Source: an uncultured Candidatus Saccharibacteria bacterium (GTDB lineage: Bacteria; Patescibacteriota; Minisyncoccia; Phycocordibacterales; UBA918). From it: a stretch of DNA of 49,490 bases. Positions within the stretch are counted from its first letter, which is position 1, and every line of letters begins with the position of its first letter. The notes beneath the pieces are model-generated. The model saw only the letters and a program-made list of their open reading frames with translations. It had not been told where the DNA came from and ran no database searches. This document shows positions 24,635 through 34,386 of this stretch, piece after piece. The position numbers and the translations under genes were made by a program. The stretch covers positions 152,454 through 201,943 of the forward strand of contig CAYNQD010000001.1 in NCBI GenBank assembly GCA_964399295.1, in the 5' to 3' direction.

Positions 24635-25904
24635 ACAATTCAAACACTTAAAAACCGTTCAAGATATCAGTGAGTATGAGCTTAAAAGTAATGGTCTGCG
24701 GGTTTTGTATAAACACGTCCCTGATACGGGCGTGGTGACGACAAATGTCACTTATTTGGTGGGAGCCAGAGATGAAGGCTTGGGAGAGACTGGAGCCACC
24801 CATATGCTGGAACACATGTTGTTTAAGCCGACCAAATACGATTTGGAGAAAAAGCAAGACGCGGCCGCCATGCAGTTTGAGCGCGAAGTAGGAGTCATTT
24901 TAAATGCCAACACCTGGAAAGACAGGACCACTTACTTTTTTTCATGTGGAAAAGAGCATTTAGTCAGAGCGCTAACCATCGAAGCGGAACGAATGCGCGG
25001 CTTGGTGTTGACTGATAAGGAATTTCAGCCGGAGCGCAATAACGTGCTTAGTGAATTTGACATGTACAACGGCGACCCAAGTTTTGCCTTGGCGGTGGAC
25101 ATGGTATGTGTGGCTTTTCATTCTCATCCGTATGGGCACGAGACGATTGGTTTCAGGGAAGATATTTCTGCCTATACCACAGACATGCTGCAAAAATTCT
25201 ACGACCATTTTTATCGCCCCAACAACGCGGTGTTGATGGTTGTTGGTGACGTTGAACTTACTTTTGCGCTTAAAAATATCGCTAGCTTGTTTGGTCATTT
25301 GGAGTCCGAGCCCAGTGTAAAAATTCGTCCACAGGTGGTAGAACCAAAACAAGAAGGTGTTAGAAGAGTTGAGATTGTTCGCGCTGGTACGACCAATATA
25401 TTAGCTCTGGGGGTAAAACACGACGGCTTCCCGAGCCATAGTTGGTTTGAAACGATGTTGGTGTTTAATCTTCTAACCGATGGCGTTGATAGCGTTTTGC
25501 ACAAAGCTTTGGTAGATACCGGTCTGGCTTCCAATGTGTCTTCAGTAGTGGAACCAACTCGTGATAAAAATTTAGGCGTGATTTATATTACTTTGACCAA
25601 AAAAATCAATCATCAGAAAATGGAAGAAAAAGTATTGCGGATTATTAGGGATTTGGGTGAAGATGTAATAAAAAAGAAGCTGAAAAATCTAGTCACTTTG
25701 GCCATAAACTCTGAGATATTTGGGCGAGACAGTAGCTTAAATATTGTGCAAGAATTGACCGAGTATGTATCATCAGGAAATTGGCCGGCTTATTTTGAAA
25801 CGGAAAAACTCCTTAAAAGCATCACTCACAAACAAATAAAAACTCGGCTAACGGAATTATTTGCTGACCAAAACTTAACTATCGGTGTTTACAAGAGTAA
25901 ATAA
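24624..25904 (+). CDS. M16 family zinc peptidase, catalytic subunit (HxxEH)
   Basis: GATHMLEHMLFK plus the downstream ERNNVLSE. ATG 24624 overlaps the HD gene by 11 nt. Confidence 0.85.
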   Translation: MVPKQFKHLKTVQDISEYELKSNGLRVLYKHVPDTGVVTTNVTYLVGARDEGLGETGATHMLEHMLFKPTKYDLEKKQDAAAMQFEREVGVILNANTWKDRTTYFFSCGKEHLVRALTIEAERMRGLVLTDKEFQPERNNVLSEFDMYNGDPSFALAVDMVCVAFHSHPYGHETIGFREDISAYTTDMLQKFYDHFYRPNNAVLMVVGDVELTFALKNIASLFGHLESEPSVKIRPQVVEPKQEGVRRVEIVRAGTTNILALGVKHDGFPSHSWFETMLVFNLLTDGVDSVLHKALVDTGLASNVSSVVEPTRDKNLGVIYITLTKKINHQKMEEKVLRIIRDLGEDVIKKKLKNLVTLAINSEIFGRDSSLNIVQELTEYVSSGNWPAYFETEKLLKSITHKQIKTRLTELFADQNLTIGVYKSK

Positions 25905-25910
25905 ATTATC

Positions 25911-27215
25911 ATGGAAATAAAAACTTTCACTCGTCCTAGATACGTCGGTGCGGAAATTGTAAAAGACAGTACGCAGATTGTGTACGCCTATATTACTGCT
26001 GATTGTTATATTGAAAACACGGCTTTTGAAAATGCTTTACAATTGATTTATAAAGATATTCTTCTGTCTGGGGCCGGCTCTTATTCCCGAGAAGAATTTT
26101 TGCATGCTTTAAATGAGCTTGGAGCTAGTATCAATGTCATAGCCAATGAAGGAAAAATAATGATTGAAATATCAGTTCTTGAGCCACAGCTGGCAAAGGT
26201 TTTGCGTTTGTTTGAGCTTATGCTGACGACTCCGGCTTTCAAAGCCAGCGAGCTGAAGAGGGCTGTTTTTACGGCTAAAAATAGGCTGGAATTATATAAA
26301 GAAGAAGCCAAAGCGCTGGCCTGGGATGGCTTGAAGAGCGCTTTATACAAGGGTTCTGATCGTCACTATACTCACTCTGCTGATACCATCAGCAACGAAC
26401 TAAAAAAAATTACCATATCTGACATAAAAAAATTGCATCAAAAATTCGTTGATTCTTACTTCATGATTACGGTGAGTGGCAACGTTAAAACCACTGCTGC
26501 CGTCTTTAAGCTGATTGATAAAATAAAAAAAGACAGACCGGTTCCATCTCAGATTGAAGTTTCCACTGCCAAGGAGGAGATAATAAGACCACAAATTATT
26601 TCGCAGTCCGTTCCCAGTAAGCAAAATGTTGAAATCTCGATCGGAGCCTCGATACCGCTAACCATTCCGCAGGTGGAGTTGGCGCACTTTTTGTTTGGGT
26701 TGACTGTCTTGGGTAAGTGGGGAGGGTTTGCTGGTCGTCTGATGAGTACGGTGCGGGAGAAGGAGGGTTTGACCTACGGCATATACGCCAGACTGGAGGG
26801 AGCAACCAGAAATGAAACCGGCTATTGGCGAATAATGACGTTTTTCTCGCCTCAAGACACGATGAAGGGAATAAAATCAACCTTAAGGGAGATTAGTAAA
26901 ATCAGAGAGAAAGGAATCACCAAATCAGAATGGGAAAGATTCCAAACCATTCTCAAGACATCCGGCGTGTTGACTTTCGACTCGCTTTCCGGACTTACCT
27001 CATTGGTACATAGTAATTTGGTTGCAGGCTTGTCATTTGAAGAATACGAAGATTTTAGAAATATTCTGTATACTTGCACGCAAAGTGAAGTAAACAAAGC
27101 TCTAAAAAAATACTTGGACTTGGATAAATTGGTTATCAGTGCCGCCGGCCCGGTGGCTTCCATTGATAAAGATTTAAAAACTTTTACCTTGGGTGAATCA
27201 GAGTTAAATTCATAG
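25911..27215 (+). CDS. M16 family peptidase, non-catalytic partner subunit (no HxxEH)
   Basis: 434 aa with M16 two-domain length and layout but no zinc motif. It lies immediately downstream of the catalytic subunit. Confidence 0.7.
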   Translation: MEIKTFTRPRYVGAEIVKDSTQIVYAYITADCYIENTAFENALQLIYKDILLSGAGSYSREEFLHALNELGASINVIANEGKIMIEISVLEPQLAKVLRLFELMLTTPAFKASELKRAVFTAKNRLELYKEEAKALAWDGLKSALYKGSDRHYTHSADTISNELKKITISDIKKLHQKFVDSYFMITVSGNVKTTAAVFKLIDKIKKDRPVPSQIEVSTAKEEIIRPQIISQSVPSKQNVEISIGASIPLTIPQVELAHFLFGLTVLGKWGGFAGRLMSTVREKEGLTYGIYARLEGATRNETGYWRIMTFFSPQDTMKGIKSTLREISKIREKGITKSEWERFQTILKTSGVLTFDSLSGLTSLVHSNLVAGLSFEEYEDFRNILYTCTQSEVNKALKKYLDLDKLVISAAGPVASIDKDLKTFTLGESELNS

Positions 27216-27291
27216 TGTTTTTGTATTCAGGATAAATTTCTTCTCCTATCGTATTTTTTCTTGCTATAATTAAGACATAACATAAACAACA

Positions 27292-27567
27292 ATGAGCATT
27301 CTTTTTTGGGGTTTGACGGTGGGAATGGTGGGCAAGATTTTGCTGGCTATCGGTATTTTGAAAGTTCACGATATAATGGCCTTGGAGCAAGAAATTGATG
27401 AAAAGGTAATCCGTTCTTTCGCTTTTGAAAAAGCCTTGACCTTGATTGGAGTTTTTTTAATTTTTGTTGGTTATTTAATGGAATTGTATTTTTACGGCTT
27501 AACTCCGCTTTTGACTTGTAGGGGCGATGAGTGCATGCACGCCGCTTCCGTACTGCTTTCGCAATAA
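27292..27567 (+). CDS. Hypothetical small membrane protein (91 aa)
   Basis: Two to three hydrophobic helices. The extended -10 TGCTATAAT (27262-27270) lies upstream. Confidence 0.5.
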   Translation: MSILFWGLTVGMVGKILLAIGILKVHDIMALEQEIDEKVIRSFAFEKALTLIGVFLIFVGYLMELYFYGLTPLLTCRGDECMHAASVLLSQ

Positions 27568-27653
27568 AACTTTATTAAAAGAGACCATTTACTCATCATA
27601 ATATTAGGATTAGGCAAATTTCAAAAAAATGTTATATTTCGGAACATAATTCC

Positions 27654-29447
27654 ATGGTAAAGTCCCAAAAAGAACCAAATTTGGAGGAAAAAATCCCGAA
27701 TACGCCAATTCGGTTTTTGTGGTTTGTGTCGCGGGGAAGTTACCGTTTCTTTTTTGGTGCCGTCTTAGGAGTGACATTGGCGCAGATATTTTCCATATCG
27801 GTACCGTACATTATCCGCTCCATAATTGACGGAGCGACGGCTTTTAGTAATGGAACAGGCGAACTTGAGTCTGTCTGGTTTTGGGTTTTTGCGTATCCAA
27901 TTGCCATACTTCTAATGTTTTTGTCTTGGCGCGCTAGCGGGTTTTTTGGTATGGAATGGGCCAGTAGACTAAACGCCATTTCTTATTCCAAGCTGTTTAA
28001 ACATTTGTCTCTACATAGCCAAACTTATTTCTCCAATCGCTTCGCCGGCTCTCTCTCAAGTAAAATGGGCTACGCCAGCGAAGGCTCTCAGTCTTTGGGC
28101 GAATCTTTCCTTTGGCAATACTACACCGGTGTCTTATCTTTCCTCTTCACGTTGATTTTGCTTGGAACTTCAAGTTTGGTTGGAGCGGCTTTGTTTCTTT
28201 CTCTTATTATTATAATTCTTCCTCTTAACTACTACTTGGCTAAATATCGACGTAAACACCTCCTAAGATACACTGCACAAGTTACCAAAACTCGTGGTTT
28301 TGGTGTTGATGCTATTACCAACATGGCGGCGGTGCGACAGTTTGCTCGCGAGGACAAAGAGACTGCGCGCTTTGGCGACGAAATCACCTCGATGCGTTTT
28401 TTAAATATTCGACAATGGCGCATTAGTGAATGGGGTCTTCTTCTCAATAATGTATTGATAGTATTTTTCATGGCTCTGATTCTGATTAGTACTTTCTCTC
28501 TTTGGACTAAAGATTTGGTTACTTTAGGTGAATTGGTGATGGTGATTGCTCTGTTGGCTAATATTCAAAGTACTTTAGTCCATATTGGTATGGACATGAA
28601 CCGCTTTATTCGCCAGTACGCGGAAATCGAAGAAGGCTTAGGAGATATTTTGGTGACGCATGATATAAAAGACCAGCCGGAAGCTATACCTCTCATCGCG
28701 GATAAAGGCGAAATAGTTTGGCAAGATGTGAACTTTAATTATGAAACCAAAGCTGTTTTTAAAGATTTTAATCTCACTATCAAAAGCGGCGAACGAATTG
28801 GGCTGGTAGGCAGTAGTGGCGCAGGTAAGACGACTTTTGTTTCTCTGCTTTTGCGGCAACATAATCTGGATGGCGGAGTGATTTATATTGACGGGCAAGA
28901 CATCAGCAATGTGCAGCAGAAGTCTTTGCGCGGCAACATCACCATCGTGCCGCAAGAACCAATGCTCTTTCATCGCAGTATTCGTGAAAACATTGCCTAT
29001 GGAAAGCCGTGGGCGACGGAAGCCGAAATCGAGCAAGCCGCCCGCCGCGCACACGCTGTTTCTTTTATTGAAGAAATGCCTTTACGGTACGATACTATGG
29101 TGGGGGAACGTGGGGTTAAATTATCCGGCGGACAAAAACAAAGAATCGCCATTGCTCGCGCCATGCTAAAAGATGCGCCGATTATTGTGCTGGATGAAGC
29201 CACTAGCGCGCTAGATAGCGAAAGTGAAGTGGAAATTCAAAAAGCTCTACACGAATTGATGGTCGGTAAAACGGTGATTGCTATCGCGCACCGGCTTTCT
29301 ACCTTGCGCGAAATGGACAGAATTATTGTCTTGCAAAATGGAGTGATTGTCGAGGACGGCAGTCACAACGAACTAATAAAACGCCAAGGACAATATGCCA
29401 GATTATGGGCTCATCAGGCCGGCGGCTTTTTGTCGGATGAGGAATAA
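27654..29447 (+). CDS. ABC transporter, fused permease/ATPase (type I exporter, MsbA-like)
   Basis: Six-TM N-terminal half, Walker A GSSGAGKTT, signature LSGGQKQR, and Walker B IIVLDEATSALD. Confidence 0.92.
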   Translation: MVKSQKEPNLEEKIPNTPIRFLWFVSRGSYRFFFGAVLGVTLAQIFSISVPYIIRSIIDGATAFSNGTGELESVWFWVFAYPIAILLMFLSWRASGFFGMEWASRLNAISYSKLFKHLSLHSQTYFSNRFAGSLSSKMGYASEGSQSLGESFLWQYYTGVLSFLFTLILLGTSSLVGAALFLSLIIIILPLNYYLAKYRRKHLLRYTAQVTKTRGFGVDAITNMAAVRQFAREDKETARFGDEITSMRFLNIRQWRISEWGLLLNNVLIVFFMALILISTFSLWTKDLVTLGELVMVIALLANIQSTLVHIGMDMNRFIRQYAEIEEGLGDILVTHDIKDQPEAIPLIADKGEIVWQDVNFNYETKAVFKDFNLTIKSGERIGLVGSSGAGKTTFVSLLLRQHNLDGGVIYIDGQDISNVQQKSLRGNITIVPQEPMLFHRSIRENIAYGKPWATEAEIEQAARRAHAVSFIEEMPLRYDTMVGERGVKLSGGQKQRIAIARAMLKDAPIIVLDEATSALDSESEVEIQKALHELMVGKTVIAIAHRLSTLREMDRIIVLQNGVIVEDGSHNELIKRQGQYARLWAHQAGGFLSDEE

Positions 29448-29519
29448 TTAAGCATCGTGCAATAATTGTAGTTTTTGTTATAGTGTAAATATTAACAAGA
29501 AAGAAAAACGTTTAATTTT

Positions 29520-31466
29520 ATGGGCGGTAACGAAATTCGTGAAAAATATCTGCGGTTTATGGAGAAAAACGGTCATGCCGTCATTCCTTCAGCTGCCTTG
29601 GTGCCGGAAAATGACCCGACTACGCTGTTTACCGGCAGCGGGATGCAGCCGCTGATACCTTATTTGATGGGTGAGGCGCACCCCAAAGGGGTGCGCCTCA
29701 CGGACTCTCAAAAATGTTTCCGCTCCAACGATATCGAAGAGGTTGGCGACAATCGCCACACCACTTTTTTTGAAATGCTCGGCAATTGGTCTTTGGGCGA
29801 TTATTTCAAAAAAGAGCAATTACGTTGGCTTTTTACTTTTCTGGTGGATGAAGTTGGTCTTGATCCAAATCGTATTTACGTCACGGTTTTTGCCGGTGAT
29901 AAATCTCTTGGAATTTTACGGGATGAGGAGTCGGCGGCTATTTGGAAAGAATTATTTTCCGAGCGCGGAATAGAAGCCAAAGATGTTTTTATTGGCAGCG
30001 AGGAGGATGGCTATGAGGTTGGCATGCAGGGCGGGCGTATATTTTACTATGATGCCGCCAAAAACTGGTGGAGTCGAGTTGGTAAACCCGAGCACATGCC
30101 CGCCGGAGAAATCGGCGGGCCGGACAGCGAAGTGTTTTATGATTTTGGTCCGGAACATGCCATTCATCCGCTTTATAAAGACAAACAACCCCATCCAAAT
30201 AGCGATTCCGGCCAGTTTTTAGAGATTGGCAATTCGGTTTTTATTGAATACGTAAAACAAAAAGACGGCAGTTTTTCCAAGCTAGTGCAACGAAACGTCG
30301 ATTTTGGTGGTGGTCTGGAACGTATCGCGGCTGCCAGTATTGGCGATCCGGATATGTTTAAAGTCGATTTGCTTTGGCGGGTGATTGAACAAATCCAACA
30401 TCTATCCGGCAAAAAATATGGGGATAATCTGGCAGCCTTTCGCGTGATAACCGACCATATCCGCGGTTCGGTCCTTTTGATTGGAGATGGCGTTTTGCCA
30501 GGCAATACCGATCAGGGTTATTTTACGCGTCGTCTGTTGCGACGAGCGGTGCGATTTGCCGATCAGTTGGCGATACCGGCCGGCAAATTTGCCGAGTTGG
30601 CGGAAAGTGTCATTAGTGTATATCAAAATCATTACGTAAATTTGGCCACCAAAAAAGCCGAAATCATGGAAGCTATTGCCAAAGAGGAGGCGCAATTCCG
30701 AAAAACTCTGGAAAGCGGTCTCAAGCAATTCAGTAAAATTTCGCTGCAAGTACATTTTTCCTCAACCATAAAAGACGGCAAGAAAATAATTGACAAAAGC
30801 CTACCGCCGGTCACCAAAAAAGCTATCAGTGCCCAAAATGCCTTTGATTTGTACACCACTTACGGCTTTCCAATTGAATTAACTGAAGAAATTGCCTCGG
30901 AAAAAGGTTTGATAGTCGAACGGTCTGGTTTTGATGCTCTGATGGAAGAACACCGCGCCAAATCTCGTGCCGGAGCCGAACAAAAATTCAAAGGCGGCTT
31001 GGCCGATCATTCTGAGAAAGTGGTGCAATATCACACTGTCACCCACTTACTGCTCGCTGGGCTGAGAAAAGAACTCGGCGACCATGTCCATCAGGCTGGT
31101 TCAAATATTACCGGTGAGCGTCTGCGTTTTGATTTTACTCATTCTGAGAAAGTGGAGCGAGAGACTTTGGATCGAGTGGAGAATTATGTAAACAACGCCA
31201 TCAGAACTGGAGGGGAAGTCACTATCGAAATGATGCCAAAGACGACAGCTGAAGCTGACAAAACCATAGAAGCTAGTTTTTGGGACAGATACCCGGATGA
31301 GGTTAAGGTTTATACAATAAAAGGTGATGATGGCGTAATTTTTTCTCGGGAGCTTTGTGGTGGACCACATGTCAATAAGCTAAAGGATATTACTGGTGTG
31401 TTTAAAATTACAAAAGAAGAATCCTCCGCTTCCGGTATCAGACGTGTCAAAGCCGTCTTAAGCTAA
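29520..31466 (+). CDS. alaS: Alanyl-tRNA synthetase, short form ending right after the editing domain (no C-Ala domain)
   Basis: FTGSGMQP, FRSNDIEEVGDNRHTTFFEMLGNWSLGDYFK, the editing motifs HTVTHLL and CGGPHV. It ends at ...GIRRVKAVLS, giving 648 aa. Confidence 0.92.
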   Translation: MGGNEIREKYLRFMEKNGHAVIPSAALVPENDPTTLFTGSGMQPLIPYLMGEAHPKGVRLTDSQKCFRSNDIEEVGDNRHTTFFEMLGNWSLGDYFKKEQLRWLFTFLVDEVGLDPNRIYVTVFAGDKSLGILRDEESAAIWKELFSERGIEAKDVFIGSEEDGYEVGMQGGRIFYYDAAKNWWSRVGKPEHMPAGEIGGPDSEVFYDFGPEHAIHPLYKDKQPHPNSDSGQFLEIGNSVFIEYVKQKDGSFSKLVQRNVDFGGGLERIAAASIGDPDMFKVDLLWRVIEQIQHLSGKKYGDNLAAFRVITDHIRGSVLLIGDGVLPGNTDQGYFTRRLLRRAVRFADQLAIPAGKFAELAESVISVYQNHYVNLATKKAEIMEAIAKEEAQFRKTLESGLKQFSKISLQVHFSSTIKDGKKIIDKSLPPVTKKAISAQNAFDLYTTYGFPIELTEEIASEKGLIVERSGFDALMEEHRAKSRAGAEQKFKGGLADHSEKVVQYHTVTHLLLAGLRKELGDHVHQAGSNITGERLRFDFTHSEKVERETLDRVENYVNNAIRTGGEVTIEMMPKTTAEADKTIEASFWDRYPDEVKVYTIKGDDGVIFSRELCGGPHVNKLKDITGVFKITKEESSASGIRRVKAVLS

Positions 31467-31523
31467 AAGCTATCCACTTAAAATAAAACTTAGCCGACAA
31501 ATTCTAGTATAATAGAGTTTGCT

Positions 31524-32750
31524 ATGGGATTTTTTTCTGATGATAATATAGAGTACGGGGTGGTGGTCGATATCGGTTCCGGCAGTGTTTTGGCCGCGAT
31601 TGTAGAATCGGATGCGAGCAAAGCTTATCCTGAGGTGGTTTGGTCGAAGCGTGAATATGCACCTCTTAGACAAGTTGATTCCCTTAGCAATAGCGTTAAG
31701 GGTGTTATGACGGCCCTGGCGCGGGTGTTGATGGATTTGGATTCAAAAGGAAGAACAGTTTTTAGAGAAAAGGTATCAAAAGGCAAGCTTTCCTTGATGC
31801 AGGTCACTATCGCGGCTCCTTGGTCGTACACGATTACCAAGGTTATTTCCTACAAAAAAAAAGAAGAATTCACAATTTCCAGAAACTTTTTGGAAGAATT
31901 ATTAAGAACAGCTGAACAAAAGGTCCAAGATGAATTGAAAGAAAACGAACGTATTCACAACCTGGGACTGAAGGTAATTTCCAGAATCACTGCTGATGTG
32001 GTCGCTAATGGTTATTCGGTTGAGATTGCCAACAAACAAAAAGCCAATTCTCTGCGCGTCGTGCAACTTAGTGCCATCACACAGGAGGGTATTGTAGGGG
32101 AAATAGAGGAGATGCACGACAAGTTATTCCCCGATACGGATTTGAAAGAATATTCTTTCATGATGGCTTTTTTCTACTCGATTTTAGAGCTGTATCCGGA
32201 ACAAACAGAATGCGTTTTGGTTGACATCACTTACGAGGCGACTGAACTCGGTGTTGTAAGAGATGGGGTTTTGCAATACTGCACACACTTACCTTACGGA
32301 TCGTTTTCTTTGGCTAGAGAAATAGCCGTTATTTTGTCTGTACCGCTGGAGGAAGCTCATGGTTACTTAAGTGAACCGGATTTTGATGTTATATTAGATA
32401 AATATTCAGAAAGACAAAAGAAAGAAGTGCAAACGGTCTTTGCTGAATACGAAAAATCACTAGTGGAATTATTTCACGAAACCGGCGACAAACTTTCCAT
32501 ACCAAAGGGAATTTTCCTGCACAGCAATGTGCATATTGCGCCTTTATTTAAGAAAATATTGGCAAAATCTGCTAGTACCACTACTAAATCTTCGCATCTG
32601 GTTTATAATGTAACCGGTGATTTACTAACCAAATATTATCCGGAGGCAGAGCAAGTTAAATTAAAAGACACCGACCGAGACACGGCCATGTTGATTTCCG
32701 CTCAGTTTTTCCACACTCGTAACTATGGTCAGAAGTTTGAGCAATTATAA
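31524..32750 (+). CDS. Actin-fold (ASKHA) ATPase-like protein, divergent FtsA/PilM-like
   Basis: Phosphate-1-like GVVVDIGSGSVLAAIV and phosphate-2-like VLVDITYEATELGVVRDGVL...LPYGSFSLAREIA. TATAAT at 31508-31513 lies 10 nt upstream of the ATG. Confidence 0.6.
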   Translation: MGFFSDDNIEYGVVVDIGSGSVLAAIVESDASKAYPEVVWSKREYAPLRQVDSLSNSVKGVMTALARVLMDLDSKGRTVFREKVSKGKLSLMQVTIAAPWSYTITKVISYKKKEEFTISRNFLEELLRTAEQKVQDELKENERIHNLGLKVISRITADVVANGYSVEIANKQKANSLRVVQLSAITQEGIVGEIEEMHDKLFPDTDLKEYSFMMAFFYSILELYPEQTECVLVDITYEATELGVVRDGVLQYCTHLPYGSFSLAREIAVILSVPLEEAHGYLSEPDFDVILDKYSERQKKEVQTVFAEYEKSLVELFHETGDKLSIPKGIFLHSNVHIAPLFKKILAKSASTTTKSSHLVYNVTGDLLTKYYPEAEQVKLKDTDRDTAMLISAQFFHTRNYGQKFEQL

Positions 32751-32773
32751 AAGTATATACTGTAATAAAAGTT

Positions 32774-34093
32774 ATGACACAAAAATGGAATCTACAAGAC
32801 ATTCGTCCGGCTGAGCCTAGAAAGTCTCGTCGCCCGGAGATGATTGAAAGACCGCAAAGGGCGATACCTAAGCTTGCGAGTGAGGATGAAGAAGATATAG
32901 GGACAATTGTCATAAAAGACAACAAAAAAACCAGCCGTTTCAACTTCACTATGGCGATAGTGGTGGTGGTAGTGCTTCTTGGTGGAATCTTTGGCTTGAC
33001 TGTTGCTTTGTCAAAAACCACTCTCACCATCGTGCCGGTATCAAAAGAACCAAATGTCAACGCTGAATTTACGGCTTATCCGGATTTGCGTGACGGTATG
33101 CTCTCTTACGAGATAATGTCTCTGGACGACACCAGTGAAAAGCAGGTAAAAGCCACAGGCCAGCAGCAAGTTGAAGAGCAGGCCAGAGGTTTCATAGAAA
33201 TTGTCAAAACCACGGCTGGTTCGGAGCGGTTGATAAAAAACACTCGTTTTCGGTCTGCTGAGGGTTTGATTTTTAGAATACCGGAGTCGGTTGTGGTGCC
33301 GGGGGCGATTAAAGACGCCGAAGGAAATTCAATTCCCGGCACTCTCAAGACGGAGGTTTTTGCGGATAATGTTGGACAAGAATACAATCTACCAGCCGGG
33401 ACTCGCTTTGACGTTCCTGGCTTCAAAGAGAGCAATTTAAATGAGTTATACAACTCTATTTACGCTGAAAACAGGGAAGCGTTTACTGGCGGTTTTCAAG
33501 GGCCTCGCTTTACAATTGATGATAACGAACTCAGTACGGCGCGGCAAGCTTTGCAGATGGAGCTTAGAGACAAGCTCTTGGCGAGAATAGAAGCGGAGAA
33601 ACCGGCCGATTTTATTGCTTTTAAAGACGCAGTGACTTTTACCTACAGTGAATTGCCTGCGGTGCGCTATGGCGATGATTTGGTCACTATTCGTGAGCAG
33701 GCGGTTTTGCAGATACCTCTGTTTAGACATTCCAATTTTGCCAGCTTTATCGCCAAAGAAACCGTCACTACTTACCTGCAAGAGCCGGTAAGGATAAGAA
33801 ATATCGAAGATTTAAAATTTAGTTACGCTGATCCCAGCACTTCTTCTTCCAATATCGCCAACTTGCCATCTTTGATGTTCAGTATTGTCGGTAAACCAAT
33901 GATTGTTTGGGAGTATAATGTCGAGCAGTTGCAAGCCGATTTGGCTGGAAAGCCGATGACGGCTATTTCCACGGTCTTATCGGGACATGTTGGCATTAAA
34001 AGCGCCAATATAAAGGAAAAACCTTTCTGGAAGAGAGATTTTCCGGATGAAGCAGAGAAGATAAACATAACCGAAGTATTGGAAACCAACTAA
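32774..34093 (+). CDS. Bitopic membrane protein: basic cytoplasmic N-terminus, one TM, ~350-aa beta-rich extracytoplasmic domain
   Basis: 439 aa with TM MAIVVVVVLLGGIFGLTVAL. The ectodomain has the pattern ARGFIEIVK....RLIKNTRFRSAEGLIFRI...VVPGA...PGTLKTEVFADNVGQEYNLPAGTRFDVPGF. I cannot assign a family with confidence. Confidence 0.65.
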   Translation: MTQKWNLQDIRPAEPRKSRRPEMIERPQRAIPKLASEDEEDIGTIVIKDNKKTSRFNFTMAIVVVVVLLGGIFGLTVALSKTTLTIVPVSKEPNVNAEFTAYPDLRDGMLSYEIMSLDDTSEKQVKATGQQQVEEQARGFIEIVKTTAGSERLIKNTRFRSAEGLIFRIPESVVVPGAIKDAEGNSIPGTLKTEVFADNVGQEYNLPAGTRFDVPGFKESNLNELYNSIYAENREAFTGGFQGPRFTIDDNELSTARQALQMELRDKLLARIEAEKPADFIAFKDAVTFTYSELPAVRYGDDLVTIREQAVLQIPLFRHSNFASFIAKETVTTYLQEPVRIRNIEDLKFSYADPSTSSSNIANLPSLMFSIVGKPMIVWEYNVEQLQADLAGKPMTAISTVLSGHVGIKSANIKEKPFWKRDFPDEAEKINITEVLETN

Positions 34094-34109
34094 TTTACAG
34101 TAAATTGTC

Positions 34110-34138
34110 TTGACTATTAACTGTAGTTTTGTTACACT
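34110..34138 (+). promoter_or_regulatory. Putative promoter TTGACT-17-TACACT of the infA/alpha operon
   Basis: TTGACT lies at 34110-34115 and TACACT at 34133-34138. The infA ATG is 12 nt downstream of the -10. Confidence 0.55.
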
Positions 34139-34150
34139 CACTCACGTTTA

Positions 34151-34378
34151 ATGGATCAACAAGCACAAGCTATAAAAGACGATTTGGCGTATGGAATCGT
34201 AGAGGAAGCTCTACCCAATGCTTTTTTTCGTGTAGTGCTTGATGATGACAAGCAGACGGTTATCGCCTACCTAGCAGGTAAGATGCGAAAGTTTCGCATT
34301 AGAGTTTTGGTTGGAGATAAAGTTGGCATGGTTCTTGATCCATATGGCGGAAAAGCACGTATTACTAAAAGACTCTAA
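34151..34378 (+). CDS. infA: Translation initiation factor IF-1
   Basis: 75 aa with the S1-like pattern ...[35 protein letters not shown]. Confidence 0.93.
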   Translation: MDQQAQAIKDDLAYGIVEEALPNAFFRVVLDDDKQTVIAYLAGKMRKFRIRVLVGDKVGMVLDPYGGKARITKRL

Positions 34379-34386
34379 ATACAATT

